Shown: positions 18,825 through 28,808 of the stretch, one piece after another
Numbering within the stretch: position 1 is the first letter of the stretch
How the letters are laid out: the number at the start of each line of letters is the position of its first letter
Translations under genes and position numbers: made by a program
NCBI GenBank assembly: GCA_963665235.2
Contig: CAXXLX010000001.1
Location: 640,001 to 704,000, forward strand
Direction: 5' to 3'
Source: Candidatus Poribacteria bacterium
GTDB taxonomy: Bacteria > Poribacteria > WGA-4E > WGA-3G
Length of the DNA: 64,000 bases
The notes under the pieces: model-generated
Databases searched by the model: none
Told to the model about the DNA's origin: nothing
The model's input: the letters and a program-made list of their open reading frames with translations, nothing else

Positions 18825-18954
18825 TTAGTCCCAGTATTCGGGCAAGCAGCCCGCTCCTCAAGGACGATATCTTTATAGAAGCCGTTTCCGCCCCAACTCT
18901 TAGTCCCAGTATTCGGGCAAGCAGCCCGCTCCTCAAGGACGATATCTTTATAGA
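18825..18954 (+). repeat. Two direct copies of a composite repeat containing an inverted REP
   Basis: CTTAGTCCC-AGTATTCGGGCAAGCAGCCCGCTCCTC-AAGGACGATATCTTTATAGA twice, 75 bp apart. Confidence 0.85.
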
Positions 18955-19010
18955 GGTTAGTGAAAACAGATATTTATTATCAAGCTCACGTAATAATTAG
19001 GAAAAAAACG

Positions 19011-20093
19011 ATGGCAGAAACAATTTACGATGTTGCAGTAATCGGTGCCGGCCCGGCAGGGACGCAAGCAGCGGTCTCCGCAAGTCATCAGATGCGGCAC
19101 GTGTTGGTACTACACTCAGGAAAGGTGAGTTTCAGCCGAGGTAGAGCGTACTGGTCAAAGTCGGTAGAAATTGAGGATGCCCCGGTTTTCCCCGGCATTA
19201 TCGGCCCCAAGTTTGCAAAGGAGCTCATGAGCTGGATGGAGAGCCGCCCTGTGGAAGAATTCAGGCTCGGTGACACGCCTCGTAAAACAGGTATTGAGGT
19301 GAGAGACGGTCTTGTTACCCGCCTGACACGAAATAACGGTATTTTTGAGTTAGAAGCCTCAACAGCCACCCTCAAGAAAAATACGCCTTTGCAGCTTGAA
19401 AGCTTCAAATCTCACACCGTCGTCGTTGCTACGGGGTTTGATGACAAGTGGCCCGATATTGAGTTTGTAGCAGATGCGGACCGGTTGTATAAACAGTACG
19501 CCACCGTTTTTCGCTATGCTGGCAATCGCAAGGGGTGGCATGTTTGCATCCGTTGCGATGGACATCTGCACGTAAATGAACATCTCGCTATCCTCGGCGT
19601 AGGCGATTATATCTATGAGGCGGCATTCGGTGCACAAGATTTCACCGATAAAATCACAATCCTAACGAACGGCCGCCCGCACGGTATGTCTCCGCCCATC
19701 CTAGAACAGGTTGCAGCCCGTAAAATTGATATCGTTGAGACGAAGATTAAACGACACATCGGTGAGAAAACCGACCTGTTAGGATTTGAAATGGCGGATG
19801 GCACCGAGCTGTTTTTCCACGGTTTTCTTGTTGACGAAGGCTTAATTCCGAATACGAAATTTTTGGAAGGGTGGGACTATCAAACGGACGAAGAGGGCTT
19901 AATTGTGGCAAATGAAGATATGCAGATGTTAGATAATAGTGGCAACCCAATTCCCGGTCTCTTTGCTGCGGGGGACATCATATCGGGAGAACGAAACTTA
20001 ATTGCCACCGCCTTTGCCCTCGGTCAAGAAGCCGGTTTATCTGCATCCGATTCGCTGCGAAAGTGGCAGTATCCGGGAGCAGATGGCGAATAG
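19011..20093 (+). CDS. Thioredoxin-reductase-like FAD/NAD(P)-dependent oxidoreductase
   Basis: GAGPAG, VATG, CIRCDG redox motif and GLFAAGD. Confidence 0.85.
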   Translation: MAETIYDVAVIGAGPAGTQAAVSASHQMRHVLVLHSGKVSFSRGRAYWSKSVEIEDAPVFPGIIGPKFAKELMSWMESRPVEEFRLGDTPRKTGIEVRDGLVTRLTRNNGIFELEASTATLKKNTPLQLESFKSHTVVVATGFDDKWPDIEFVADADRLYKQYATVFRYAGNRKGWHVCIRCDGHLHVNEHLAILGVGDYIYEAAFGAQDFTDKITILTNGRPHGMSPPILEQVAARKIDIVETKIKRHIGEKTDLLGFEMADGTELFFHGFLVDEGLIPNTKFLEGWDYQTDEEGLIVANEDMQMLDNSGNPIPGLFAAGDIISGERNLIATAFALGQEAGLSASDSLRKWQYPGADGE

Positions 20094-20115
20094 CCAACAG
20101 CCAAAGGACCAAGTT

Positions 20116-22941
20116 ATGTCAAGCGAAAATTCAAGAACCCTCTATATTATTGACACGCTCGCCGAAATCTTTCGTTCATTCTATGCAATTCAGACCCGTT
20201 TGACTAGCTCTGTCACAGGGGAGCCCACGAACGCTATCTTCGGTTTTACCAGCATGCTCATGAAGCTCTTCACCGACATCAAAGCGGAGCATATTGTCGC
20301 CGCAATTGATATGCCCGGGGACACTTTCCGGAACACGCTTTATCCTGAATACAAAGAGAATCGCAGGACACCCCCAGATGACCTCGTTAAACAGATTCCC
20401 CGTATCCAAGAACTGCTTGAAGCCTTCCAAATTCCTGTCCTCGGGCAACCCGCGTTGGAAGCAGACGACATCATTGCCTCCGTAACGCAATCGGTATTGG
20501 ATACCCCTGAAACGCAAGATGTGGATGTCTGTATCATCTCTAAAGATAAAGACCTTGAGCAGCTGCTCTGTGACAGGGTTACAATGTTTGACATTCGTAA
20601 CGACAAAACGCTTGATGTCGCAGCACTTTTGGAAAATAAAGGGATTACACCGGACCAAGTCGTTGATGTCCTAACCTTGATGGGGGACACGGCCGATAAT
20701 GTGCCGGGGGTTGAAGGCATCGGTTTGAAAACAGCGACGAAGTTGATTCAGGAGTTCGGTTCAGTTGACAACATCTTCGCGAATATTGATCAGATTAAGG
20801 GCAAACGCCGTGAGAATTTAGAGAAGGCGCGTGACCATCTCCCACTTTCCCAACAGCTTGTGACGTTGAAACGGGATGCTGTCCTCGATTTTTCGATGGA
20901 ACAGGCGCGTGTTAAACCGTTTGACCTCCAGGAAATCAACCGGTTGTTTGAAGAGTTGGAGCTCAAGCGGTTTCAGCGAGTCGTTGTTGAACTTGCTTCC
21001 GGCAGTGTTATCTCTGCCGATGCCAAACCCCCGGAGAGAACGACCCGCCAAGAACGGTTGACAGCGATGGCAGAGAAAAAGAGTGCCATTTTGGAAAGCG
21101 GTGATTATGCTACCGCCGATTCCTGCAACTATACAGCTATCACGACAGCAGCACAATTAACAGCACTCGTTGAGACGCTTTCAACCCAACGGCTTATCAG
21201 CGTGGATACGGAAACCGATGGGTTGCATCGCGATGCGGCCCTCTGTGGACTCAGCTTTTCTTGGCAACCCGCAAGAGGCGTTTATATACCGATTCGGTCG
21301 CCTGCACCTGAAACGCATTTGGACGAGAAAACAGTGCTTGCACAACTCAAACCGCTCTTAGAAAATCCCGATTTGCCGAAATGTGGACATAACCTGAAGT
21401 TTGATGCTGGTATTCTGATACGGCACGGTATTAAACTGAGGGGGGTCGTTTTCGATACAATGTTGGCAAGTCAACTCGTTGACGCACGGCACCCCTCACA
21501 TAATTTAGATACACTTTCACTGCTCTATTTAAACCACAAAATGATTCCGCTCACCGGGTTGATAGGGGAGGGCACAGCACATGACGCAATTGATAAAATT
21601 CCTTTGGATGTAGTGACAGAATATGCCGCGGAAGATGCCGACATTACGTTGCGCCTCTATCACTTCCTCACCCCGAAACTTACCGAGATGGGAATAGTGG
21701 AGTTGGTACGCGATATAGAATCCCCCCTTGCCCCAGTACTTGCAGAGATGGAGTTTAACGGCATTATCTGCAACACGGATGCGTTGAAAGCACAAAATCG
21801 GGTGATTCAAAAGCTTGTGGCGGAACGTCAAAAACAGATACATGACATAGTCGGGTTCGCGTTTAATATAGACTCGCCACGTCAACTATCGGTCGTCCTA
21901 TTCGAGCAGATTGGTTATAAACCTGTGAGGCGTACCAAAGGTGGTAACCTGTCAACAGATGTGACAGTATTGGAAACGCTCTCCCTACAAGAGGATGTGA
22001 ACGACCCGAAAACGAGCGTGCCGCGTTTAATTATTGAGTATCGGCAATTCCGTAAACTACAAAGCACGTATCTGACACAGCTCCAGAACGCGGTTGTGCC
22101 GGAGACGCGTCGCATTCACACACACCTATATCAATTGACGACAGCAACCGGCCGTTTGAAATCTGACCGCCCGAATCTTCAGAATATTCCAGTGCGAACC
22201 GACATCGGCCGGCAGCTACGTAGTGCGTTTGAGGCACCGGCGGGGTATAAGTTAATCTGTGCCGATTATTCACAGATTGAACTCCGTATTCTCGCCCATT
22301 TCAGTCAAGATACAAAATTGATTGAGGCATTCACACAAGATTTGGATATCCATACATCGGTTGCTGCGGAGGTCTTTGGGGTACCAGCGGCAGAGGTCAC
22401 GCGTGAGCTCCGCGATAAAGCGAAAAGCGTCAACTTCGGCATCATCTACGGTGTCTCTCCTTCAGGGCTTGCACGCCGTATTAAGGGGATGACTGTGAGC
22501 GAAGCGAGGGATTTGATTTCGGATTATAAACGTCGTTTTCCGGGTATCACCCATTTTCTGCATCAATGCATCCAACAGGCGTTGGACCATGGATATGTTT
22601 CCACTTTAACTGGCCGTCGGCGGGCAATCCCTGAAATCTATGAATCTTCACAGAGTCGGCGAAGTTTAGGGGAAAGGTTAGCCATCAATACGGTTGTGCA
22701 AGGCACGGCTGCTGACCTGATGAAGGCTGCTATGGTCAAAGTTCAGCACAGGATTGACCGTGACCGCTTGCCGATGAAAATGTTATTGCAAATTCACGAT
22801 GAATTAGTTCTTGAAACCCCGGCGGAATTTGTTGAATCACACGCGGCAATTGTCTGCGAAGAGATGGAGAGCATTATGCCCCTGCGGGTCCCGCTTCGGA
22901 CCGAGGCTGGGATTGGAGAAAACTGGTTGGATGCAAAGTAA
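20116..22941 (+). CDS. polA: DNA polymerase I
   Basis: 5'-exonuclease (EADD, DKDL, GDTADNVPG), 3'-5' exonuclease (DTET) and polymerase motifs DYSQIELR, KSVNFGIIYG and QIHDEL. Confidence 0.97.
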   Translation: MSSENSRTLYIIDTLAEIFRSFYAIQTRLTSSVTGEPTNAIFGFTSMLMKLFTDIKAEHIVAAIDMPGDTFRNTLYPEYKENRRTPPDDLVKQIPRIQELLEAFQIPVLGQPALEADDIIASVTQSVLDTPETQDVDVCIISKDKDLEQLLCDRVTMFDIRNDKTLDVAALLENKGITPDQVVDVLTLMGDTADNVPGVEGIGLKTATKLIQEFGSVDNIFANIDQIKGKRRENLEKARDHLPLSQQLVTLKRDAVLDFSMEQARVKPFDLQEINRLFEELELKRFQRVVVELASGSVISADAKPPERTTRQERLTAMAEKKSAILESGDYATADSCNYTAITTAAQLTALVETLSTQRLISVDTETDGLHRDAALCGLSFSWQPARGVYIPIRSPAPETHLDEKTVLAQLKPLLENPDLPKCGHNLKFDAGILIRHGIKLRGVVFDTMLASQLVDARHPSHNLDTLSLLYLNHKMIPLTGLIGEGTAHDAIDKIPLDVVTEYAAEDADITLRLYHFLTPKLTEMGIVELVRDIESPLAPVLAEMEFNGIICNTDALKAQNRVIQKLVAERQKQIHDIVGFAFNIDSPRQLSVVLFEQIGYKPVRRTKGGNLSTDVTVLETLSLQEDVNDPKTSVPRLIIEYRQFRKLQSTYLTQLQNAVVPETRRIHTHLYQLTTATGRLKSDRPNLQNIPVRTDIGRQLRSAFEAPAGYKLICADYSQIELRILAHFSQDTKLIEAFTQDLDIHTSVAAEVFGVPAAEVTRELRDKAKSVNFGIIYGVSPSGLARRIKGMTVSEARDLISDYKRRFPGITHFLHQCIQQALDHGYVSTLTGRRRAIPEIYESSQSRRSLGERLAINTVVQGTAADLMKAAMVKVQHRIDRDRLPMKMLLQIHDELVLETPAEFVESHAAIVCEEMESIMPLRVPLRTEAGIGENWLDAK

Positions 22942-22964
22942 AATAGAAAAATTGTGAATTAAAC

Positions 22965-22993
22965 TTGACAAATCCCAAAAATTGTGGTATCAT
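22965..22993 (+). promoter_or_regulatory. sigma70 promoter of the RRM gene
   Basis: TTGACA-17-TATCAT with extended -10; about 270 nt of leader follows. Confidence 0.65.
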
Positions 22994-23272
22994 ATTAACG
23001 TTTGGGAAATGTGATGGTGTCTGCAAACCATAATATTTGTAGGAGTGCTCTGACGAGCGCGACCTCCTAGCGTAGTATTTTGACAGTTTTACGGTTTGGA
23101 ACCAGGTACATTCTTGTAGATTGTGACGCGGCTTCCGAAAAAGATTGATAAGAATCCCGAGTTCATTTTTGCCAATCTTCGCTTTACTGCCAAATGTCTG
23201 CCTATAGAACATGCTGACAGTACTCAGTTTTCTCACATTCCCGTTTATTTCAATTTCAAAAGGAGAAACGAG

Positions 23273-23551
23273 ATGAACATCTACGTTGGCAATGTGCCTT
23301 ATGCAGCCACAGAGACTGACCTGGAAGAACTCTTTGAACCGCACGGTCCGCTTACCACAGTGACGATTATTCGTGACCGGTATGATGGCCGTTCCAAAGG
23401 GTACGGGTTCGTTGAGATGGAAAACCAAGAAGATGGCGAACGCGCGATTGAAGCCTTAGATGGCCAAGAGTTAATGGGACGTCCGTTGAAAGTCAACCCC
23501 GCCCGTCCGCGCGAACGACGTGCTGAACGCCGCTACGAAGAAGACGAGTAA
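23273..23551 (+). CDS. RRM-domain RNA-binding protein
   Basis: RNP2 IYVGNV and RNP1 KGYGFVEM; AGGAG RBS. Confidence 0.95.
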   Translation: MNIYVGNVPYAATETDLEELFEPHGPLTTVTIIRDRYDGRSKGYGFVEMENQEDGERAIEALDGQELMGRPLKVNPARPRERRAERRYEEDE

Positions 23552-23614
23552 CCACGTCCCCAGCAGCCACGTTCAGAAAAATAGAAAACGGCTGCAAAAG
23601 TATGCGGAATACTT

Positions 23615-23654
23615 AATGCTCCAGTTGTTTACAACCGGGGCATTTTTGTTTTTT
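23615..23654 (+). terminator. Rho-independent terminator
   Basis: AATGCTCCAGTTGT-TT-ACAACCGGGGCATT hairpin followed by a T-run. Confidence 0.7.
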
Positions 23655-23659
23655 AATGC

Positions 23660-24156
23660 AACTCTTCTATAGGAGCGTGCTGTGCACGCGATATTACGAC
23701 CCCATATTTTCAAGATATTACGCGCTCCTCTGTAGGAGCGTGCTGTGCACGCGATATTACGACCCCATATTTTCAAGCGCGCTCCTCTGTAGGAGCGTGC
23801 TGTGCACGCGATATTACGACCCCATATTTTCAAGAGCACTCCTCTGTAGGAGCGTGCTGTGCACGCGATATTACGACCCCATATTTTCAAGAGCACTCCT
23901 CTGTAGGAGCGTGCTGTGCACGCGATATTACGACCCCATATTTTCGCACTCCTCTGTAGGAGCGTGCTGTGCACGCGATATTACGACCCCATATTTTCAA
24001 GAGCACTCCTCTGTAGGAGCGTGCTGTGCACGCGATATTACGACCCCATATTTTCAAGAGCACTCCTCTGTAGGAGCGTGCTGTGCACGCGATATTACGA
24101 CCCCATATTTTCAAGAGCACTCCTCTGTAGGAGCGTGCTGTGCACGCGATATTACG
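23660..24156 (+). repeat. Tandem array of 9 REP units (about 57-bp period)
   Basis: GTAGGAGCGTGCTGTGCACGCGAT plus an invariant linker; units at 23669, 23732, 23789, 23846, 23903, 23956, 24013, 24070 and 24127. A solo inverted copy lies at 6583-6606. Confidence 0.92.
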
Positions 24157-24210
24157 CGCATTAGGTATTAACCTCTTACGCGCTCAAGCCGAGCTCACGA
24201 CTGAGAACCA

Positions 24211-26031
24211 TCACCCCAACCGTTCTTTAACCTTTGTTTTATCAATTTGTGCCTCGGCGACAAATTCCTGATATTGCGGGGGCAGGACTTCTGGCAGCAT
24301 TGCGCGAGAATTGGCTTCGTGCAATGCAAGTAACCCCATGAAGAGTTGCATCTCCGGTGAATAGTCGGGCATAAAATCTTCCACTACTTCGAGCAGGTCA
24401 GCTTGGGTCATAGCATTCCGATTGTTCCGTTTTGCAATGTTATGACCGCGTTGTGCAATTTGTGCAATGTCACTGACGCTCAGCCCCTCCATTTTCGGGT
24501 TTCGGGCAATTTCTTGGAAATTAATTTGCTCGCGCGTGTGCATTCGGCAAAAGAACTGCAAAATGCCTGCTCGGCTCTCCTGCATTGGGGCGAGAAAAAC
24601 CAATTTGTGTGAAAAAATCTCCGGCTTGCGAAAAATTGGCGGCATTAAGTCCGGGCGACTTGATGTACCGACCCATATCACTTTGCCATGCAAGGAGGCA
24701 TCACTGATAGCATTGGTCAGGCTCACTGGAAACGAGCGTTCCCAACTTTCCGCTTGGATACTTGTATGTGGAGAGGCCTGCTCAATCTCTTCCATAAATA
24801 CAACGACCGGCGCAATCCCCTTAATAAAGTTAATCGCAGCGATGAGGTTACGTTCATAACTGTTGCTGTTCTCATTAATATTAATCGTTACCTCGCTGAC
24901 CTGATTGGCGTAGCGGAGCCGTACTAGTGCCATGTTTGTTTGGCCTGCAAGCAAGCTCGCTGCATACACGTTCCCATTTCCAGTGGGGCCAAGGAAAAGT
25001 ATTCCCCGGGGTATCCGCCGTCTGTCTTCCTGTTCCATTCCCTCAGCAATATCTTGAATGACTCGTGTTACGTGGGCGGACCAGTGCTGTTGCCGGGTGG
25101 CAATAGGTTCGTTAATTTCAATAATTCCGTGGCTGAAGGTTTTGACACTTTCGCGTCGGTAGGTACGGAGTATGTCGCCGCCCACTTTCTGACCGTTAGA
25201 GGCTGCGTGCCGTGCCATATCGTGAATACCGAAAAGATTTAAGCCAGCTGTATTGTGTGCTAAAGCCTGCTTCTCTTGCGTATTGCCGAAATTTAAATTG
25301 ACCTGTGTAACCCGCCCCGGCGAGTCCGCCATAGAAATCTCCTGCGGAATAGCACCGAGATGTTCAATAAACTTCAGACGTTCGTCATAATCCGGAAACG
25401 GAATTTCGACGAGAGGCATCTCCTGATTGACCAGCAAATTCGGGTGAATATCGTACGTGTTTTGCGTAATAAGCAGAACGATATGCTTTCGTCGCCGTAT
25501 CTCCAAATCGGCAGCCCAATTTTGGAGTTGGTGGAAAAACAGTTTGAGCTCATCTTTTGCTGGCAGGTTTATCGATGGGTCGTTGGGGGCAATCTGTTCA
25601 AGATAATTGATGACCAATCCGATTCGGACCCTGTTTACTTTTAGCAGGTCGTGCATCTTCTGTATCAATTCCTTTGTAGGGACCGGATCGCTTTTATAGA
25701 AACCATCTTCATGAATCTTGTTGACTGCAAGTTGTGAATTAATCCTTCTCCGCTCGGGCGTTTCATCCGGGGCATCCTGGTTTTTCGGAATAAGTCCCAG
25801 AATTTTCTGCGTTTCCAACCACTTTCCCACATGGGGCCATGCGAACCCTTGCGTGCTGTTGTAACCGAGAACCAACTGGCATCCGAGTCTATTGAGTTGT
25901 TCCATCAGATAATCCAAGGTAGGTAAGTAGCCGTAAACTTCATCGTGCAGCAGGTCTTGCACATTAAAGTGCAGTAAAAATTGATGTGCAGCAGCGACTT
26001 TGTATTGTGTTTCAATCTGTTCCCAAAACAT
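24211..26031 (-). CDS. AAA+ ATPase-fold protein with degenerate Walker motifs
   Basis: PRGILFLGPTGNGN, VVFMEEIEQ, GTSSRPDL and PFPDYDER segments. Confidence 0.75.
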   Translation of the reverse strand: MFWEQIETQYKVAAAHQFLLHFNVQDLLHDEVYGYLPTLDYLMEQLNRLGCQLVLGYNSTQGFAWPHVGKWLETQKILGLIPKNQDAPDETPERRRINSQLAVNKIHEDGFYKSDPVPTKELIQKMHDLLKVNRVRIGLVINYLEQIAPNDPSINLPAKDELKLFFHQLQNWAADLEIRRRKHIVLLITQNTYDIHPNLLVNQEMPLVEIPFPDYDERLKFIEHLGAIPQEISMADSPGRVTQVNLNFGNTQEKQALAHNTAGLNLFGIHDMARHAASNGQKVGGDILRTYRRESVKTFSHGIIEINEPIATRQQHWSAHVTRVIQDIAEGMEQEDRRRIPRGILFLGPTGNGNVYAASLLAGQTNMALVRLRYANQVSEVTININENSNSYERNLIAAINFIKGIAPVVVFMEEIEQASPHTSIQAESWERSFPVSLTNAISDASLHGKVIWVGTSSRPDLMPPIFRKPEIFSHKLVFLAPMQESRAGILQFFCRMHTREQINFQEIARNPKMEGLSVSDIAQIAQRGHNIAKRNNRNAMTQADLLEVVEDFMPDYSPEMQLFMGLLALHEANSRAMLPEVLPPQYQEFVAEAQIDKTKVKERLG

Positions 26032-26061
26032 GATGTTTCTCCGGGCTAATGTCTTGTGTTA

Positions 26062-27532
26062 GTCAACTACCCAAGCCTAAAGACTTGTGCCTATTAAGAG
26101 CATCGAACAGCGTTAACTGTACCGCGTCTATTAAACCTTTGTCTCGTGCTTCGTTCTTGTTTCTCGCTTCATAGAGGGTGGTAACCCACCGCTCTCCACG
26201 AAAGGCAGCAGCTGCCTTAAAAAGAATGTTTAATGCAGCGTTGTGGTCTCGGTCTAAAGACGTGCCACAGAAACTGCAATTAAAGGTCCGTATCGCCAGA
26301 GAGAGTTTCTTTGGCGATTTCTGACCGCAACTTGAGCAGATTTGCGAAGTGTTTTTGGGCTCCACTTGGTGGAAATGGAAACCGTCTCTTTCGGAAACCA
26401 TGTTTCCGCACCACTCAAAGAAGGTTGCCCAAGACGCATCGCTAATACTCTTGCTGAGGTGTTTGTTCTTGACCATGTTAGAAACGCTTAAGTCCTCTGC
26501 CACTAATACACTGTTTTTCTTGTGGTGGTAGAGTTTGTAGATGAGTTGGTTTCCAATAAAGTCTTTGCGTCTGTTCGCGGTTCGCTCGTGGTGTAATGAT
26601 AGTTTGTGTTGTTGTTTCTTTGAACGGTTGCTACCTTTTTTCTTTCGAGAAAGATCTTTGGAATGTTTTTGGGTTAAACCTTCTGCTTGACGATACCAGC
26701 GTGGGTTGTTCTCTTTTTCGCCTCCGGATGTTGTCAGATAATGCATCGTTCCCATATCAACAGCTATAGCAGTTGTTGGGTCAACCTTCGGTGTGTCCGT
26801 GAGTTCACAGGTAATATGAGCATACCAGCCACTTGCTTTTTTAACGAGCGTAACGCCTTTGGGAGCCCCTTGAAGCGGGCGGTGCATATAGATTTTGACT
26901 TCGCCAAGTTTGGGGACTTTCAAACGGTCGTGTTTCCAGGCTGTTTCGCGTATCGGATGCTCGCGAATACCTTTGGACTTGCGGAGTTTCCACGACATAG
27001 ACTTTATGCTTTTTCTGTGTCTTGGATACCCTTTTTTCGCAGTGCCTTCTTCGCAGCGTCTATAGAAACCGGCGAAGGCTTTATCGTTACGTTCCAAAGC
27101 ACAGACTTGCATATCTTGTGGGACTTCGCGAAAGTCATCGTATTTTTTACGCGCAACCGTCAACTTCCGTTGTTGGTCGTAGCAAGAAACTTTTTCGCGT
27201 GCCGTTTCCCAAGCGACCTTGCGATCATGGCGAGCAGAGTTCTGAAGTTCACACAAATGGGCAAGCCAGTCTAATAATGTTGTTTCCTGTGTTTTCGTAG
27301 GATACACAGGGTATCTGAAAGTTAGTTTCATGGTTTTCTTTGCCTTCGTTTATCCCCTTCTTAGTGGGAAGCGGACACATTACCAAGCGGTAACGCTAAG
27401 AATGTCCGCCAACTTGATACTCTAATTATACCATGTTTTATGGTCAATGTCAAGTTAAAAACGATGTACCAACGGGGTTAGCGGGCTTTCCTCCCAAAGC
27501 TAAAGCATTGGGAAACCTCTCGCCCGAATGCC
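26062..27532 (-). mobile_element. IS200/IS605-family element carrying tnpB only
   Basis: Right end CAAGTCTTTAGGCTTGGGTAGTTGAC; left-end hairpin TCCCAAAGCTAAAGCATTGGGA near 27493-27514; internal TTGACA-17-TATAAT promoter (27425-27453, minus strand). The left boundary is approximate. Confidence 0.82.
26063..27331 (-). CDS. tnpB: RNA-guided endonuclease TnpB
   Basis: FRYPVYPT N-terminus; RuvC residues IAVDMG, VAEDL and DRDHNAA; Zn finger CSSC/CSFC. Confidence 0.95.
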   Translation of the reverse strand: MKLTFRYPVYPTKTQETTLLDWLAHLCELQNSARHDRKVAWETAREKVSCYDQQRKLTVARKKYDDFREVPQDMQVCALERNDKAFAGFYRRCEEGTAKKGYPRHRKSIKSMSWKLRKSKGIREHPIRETAWKHDRLKVPKLGEVKIYMHRPLQGAPKGVTLVKKASGWYAHITCELTDTPKVDPTTAIAVDMGTMHYLTTSGGEKENNPRWYRQAEGLTQKHSKDLSRKKKGSNRSKKQQHKLSLHHERTANRRKDFIGNQLIYKLYHHKKNSVLVAEDLSVSNMVKNKHLSKSISDASWATFFEWCGNMVSERDGFHFHQVEPKNTSQICSSCGQKSPKKLSLAIRTFNCSFCGTSLDRDHNAALNILFKAAAAFRGERWVTTLYEARNKNEARDKGLIDAVQLTLFDALNRHKSLGLGS

Positions 27533-27699
27533 CGTGATTTTTTTACAATTGCATTGTGTTTGCGAATTTCTTGTTTAAATAGAATACCATAAAATCGCGT
27601 CGAAATCAACGTTTTTTTCCATCGCAATCCAAAATAAATTTGATAAACATAGCAAAATATGGTATAATTTCACATACCTAAAAGGAGGGGGAAAAGACA

Positions 27700-28785
27700 A
27701 TGGAAACTGAAAATCTCACATCCGGAATCTTTCCGGCGGGTGTGTCTGTCATAGACTGTGACCTGCATAACCCGTTACCATCAGTCCGCATGCTTTATCC
27801 CTATCTCCCAGACTATTGGTCCGACTACTGTGAAGAATCGGGTTTTCCGGGACCGGATGCTAACGATTATCCAGAAGGGGTGCCGATTTCAACGCGTCCA
27901 GAATTTTCGTCTGCTGAAGCGGTGGATGCCGCCTCGGATTTGGCACACCTTCGGGAGGACGCGCTTGCCCCTTGGAACAGCGAATACGGCATACTTACCT
28001 GTGGGTATCGGGTGCAAAGCGTCCATAACGAAGATTTAGCGGCAGCCCTTGCTTCCGCAGTTAATGAGTGGCAGATTGAACATTGGTTTGACCCGGAACC
28101 ACGCTTACGGGGGTCGTTAATTGTGCCCAGCCAAAATCCTGAACTCGCTGCGAGAGAAATAGAACGTATAGGGGCACATCCGGGGTTTGTCCAGGTAATG
28201 CTGCCCGCCCGTTCACAGGCACCTTACGGAAATCGACGTTATCATCCGATTTACGCTGCAGCGGTGCGGCACAAGCTGGTAGTCGGTATCCACTACGGGG
28301 GAGCCCCGGGGCTGCCTCCGACATCTGTGGGCTGGCCCTCAACCTACTTAGAGGAATACGTTGGTATGTCGCAAGTGTTTCAGGCACAAGTGCTCAGTCT
28401 TGTAGCGGAGGGGGTTTTCGACCAGTTTCCTGACCTACGCGTTGCGCTCATAGAGAGCGGTGTGACATGGATGCCCTCTCTGATGTGGCGGTTTGATAAG
28501 GAGTGGCGCGGCTTACGCGGGTTAACACCGTGGGTTAAACAACCCCCCTCAGCATATATCCGACAACATATACGGATGACGTTGCAACCGATTGACGCAC
28601 CCCCAACTGCCGAAGAACTGCTTCAAATTGTGGGACAACTTGATTCCGAAGACCTGCTTATGTTTTCAACCGATTATCCGCATTGGCACTTTGATTCCCC
28701 TGAAGAGGCTTTTCCAGTAAACCTCCCACAGGGGGTGGCACGCAAGATTTTATCCGAAAATGCCAGAGCCTTTTACCAATTTTGA
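27700..28785 (+). CDS. Amidohydrolase family 2 protein
   Basis: IDCDLH, IHYGG, ESGVTW and FSTDYPHW motifs; TTGATA-17-TATAAT promoter at 27640-27668. Confidence 0.9.
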   Translation: METENLTSGIFPAGVSVIDCDLHNPLPSVRMLYPYLPDYWSDYCEESGFPGPDANDYPEGVPISTRPEFSSAEAVDAASDLAHLREDALAPWNSEYGILTCGYRVQSVHNEDLAAALASAVNEWQIEHWFDPEPRLRGSLIVPSQNPELAAREIERIGAHPGFVQVMLPARSQAPYGNRRYHPIYAAAVRHKLVVGIHYGGAPGLPPTSVGWPSTYLEEYVGMSQVFQAQVLSLVAEGVFDQFPDLRVALIESGVTWMPSLMWRFDKEWRGLRGLTPWVKQPPSAYIRQHIRMTLQPIDAPPTAEELLQIVGQLDSEDLLMFSTDYPHWHFDSPEEAFPVNLPQGVARKILSENARAFYQF

Positions 28786-28808
28786 GTGTGAAGGCAGAGG
28801 GATTATAT

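Noticed and set aside
23660-24156. Possible CRISPR array (also 3797-4046 and 4948-5096)
   Set aside because: The sequence between hairpins is invariant, so there are no unique spacers; units carry GTAG REP feet and no cas genes are nearby.
23573-24171. Repetitive ORFs over the arrays (also 3493-4006 and 4786-5124)
   Set aside because: They are by-products of REP arrays with periods divisible by 3, open on both strands and without an RBS.
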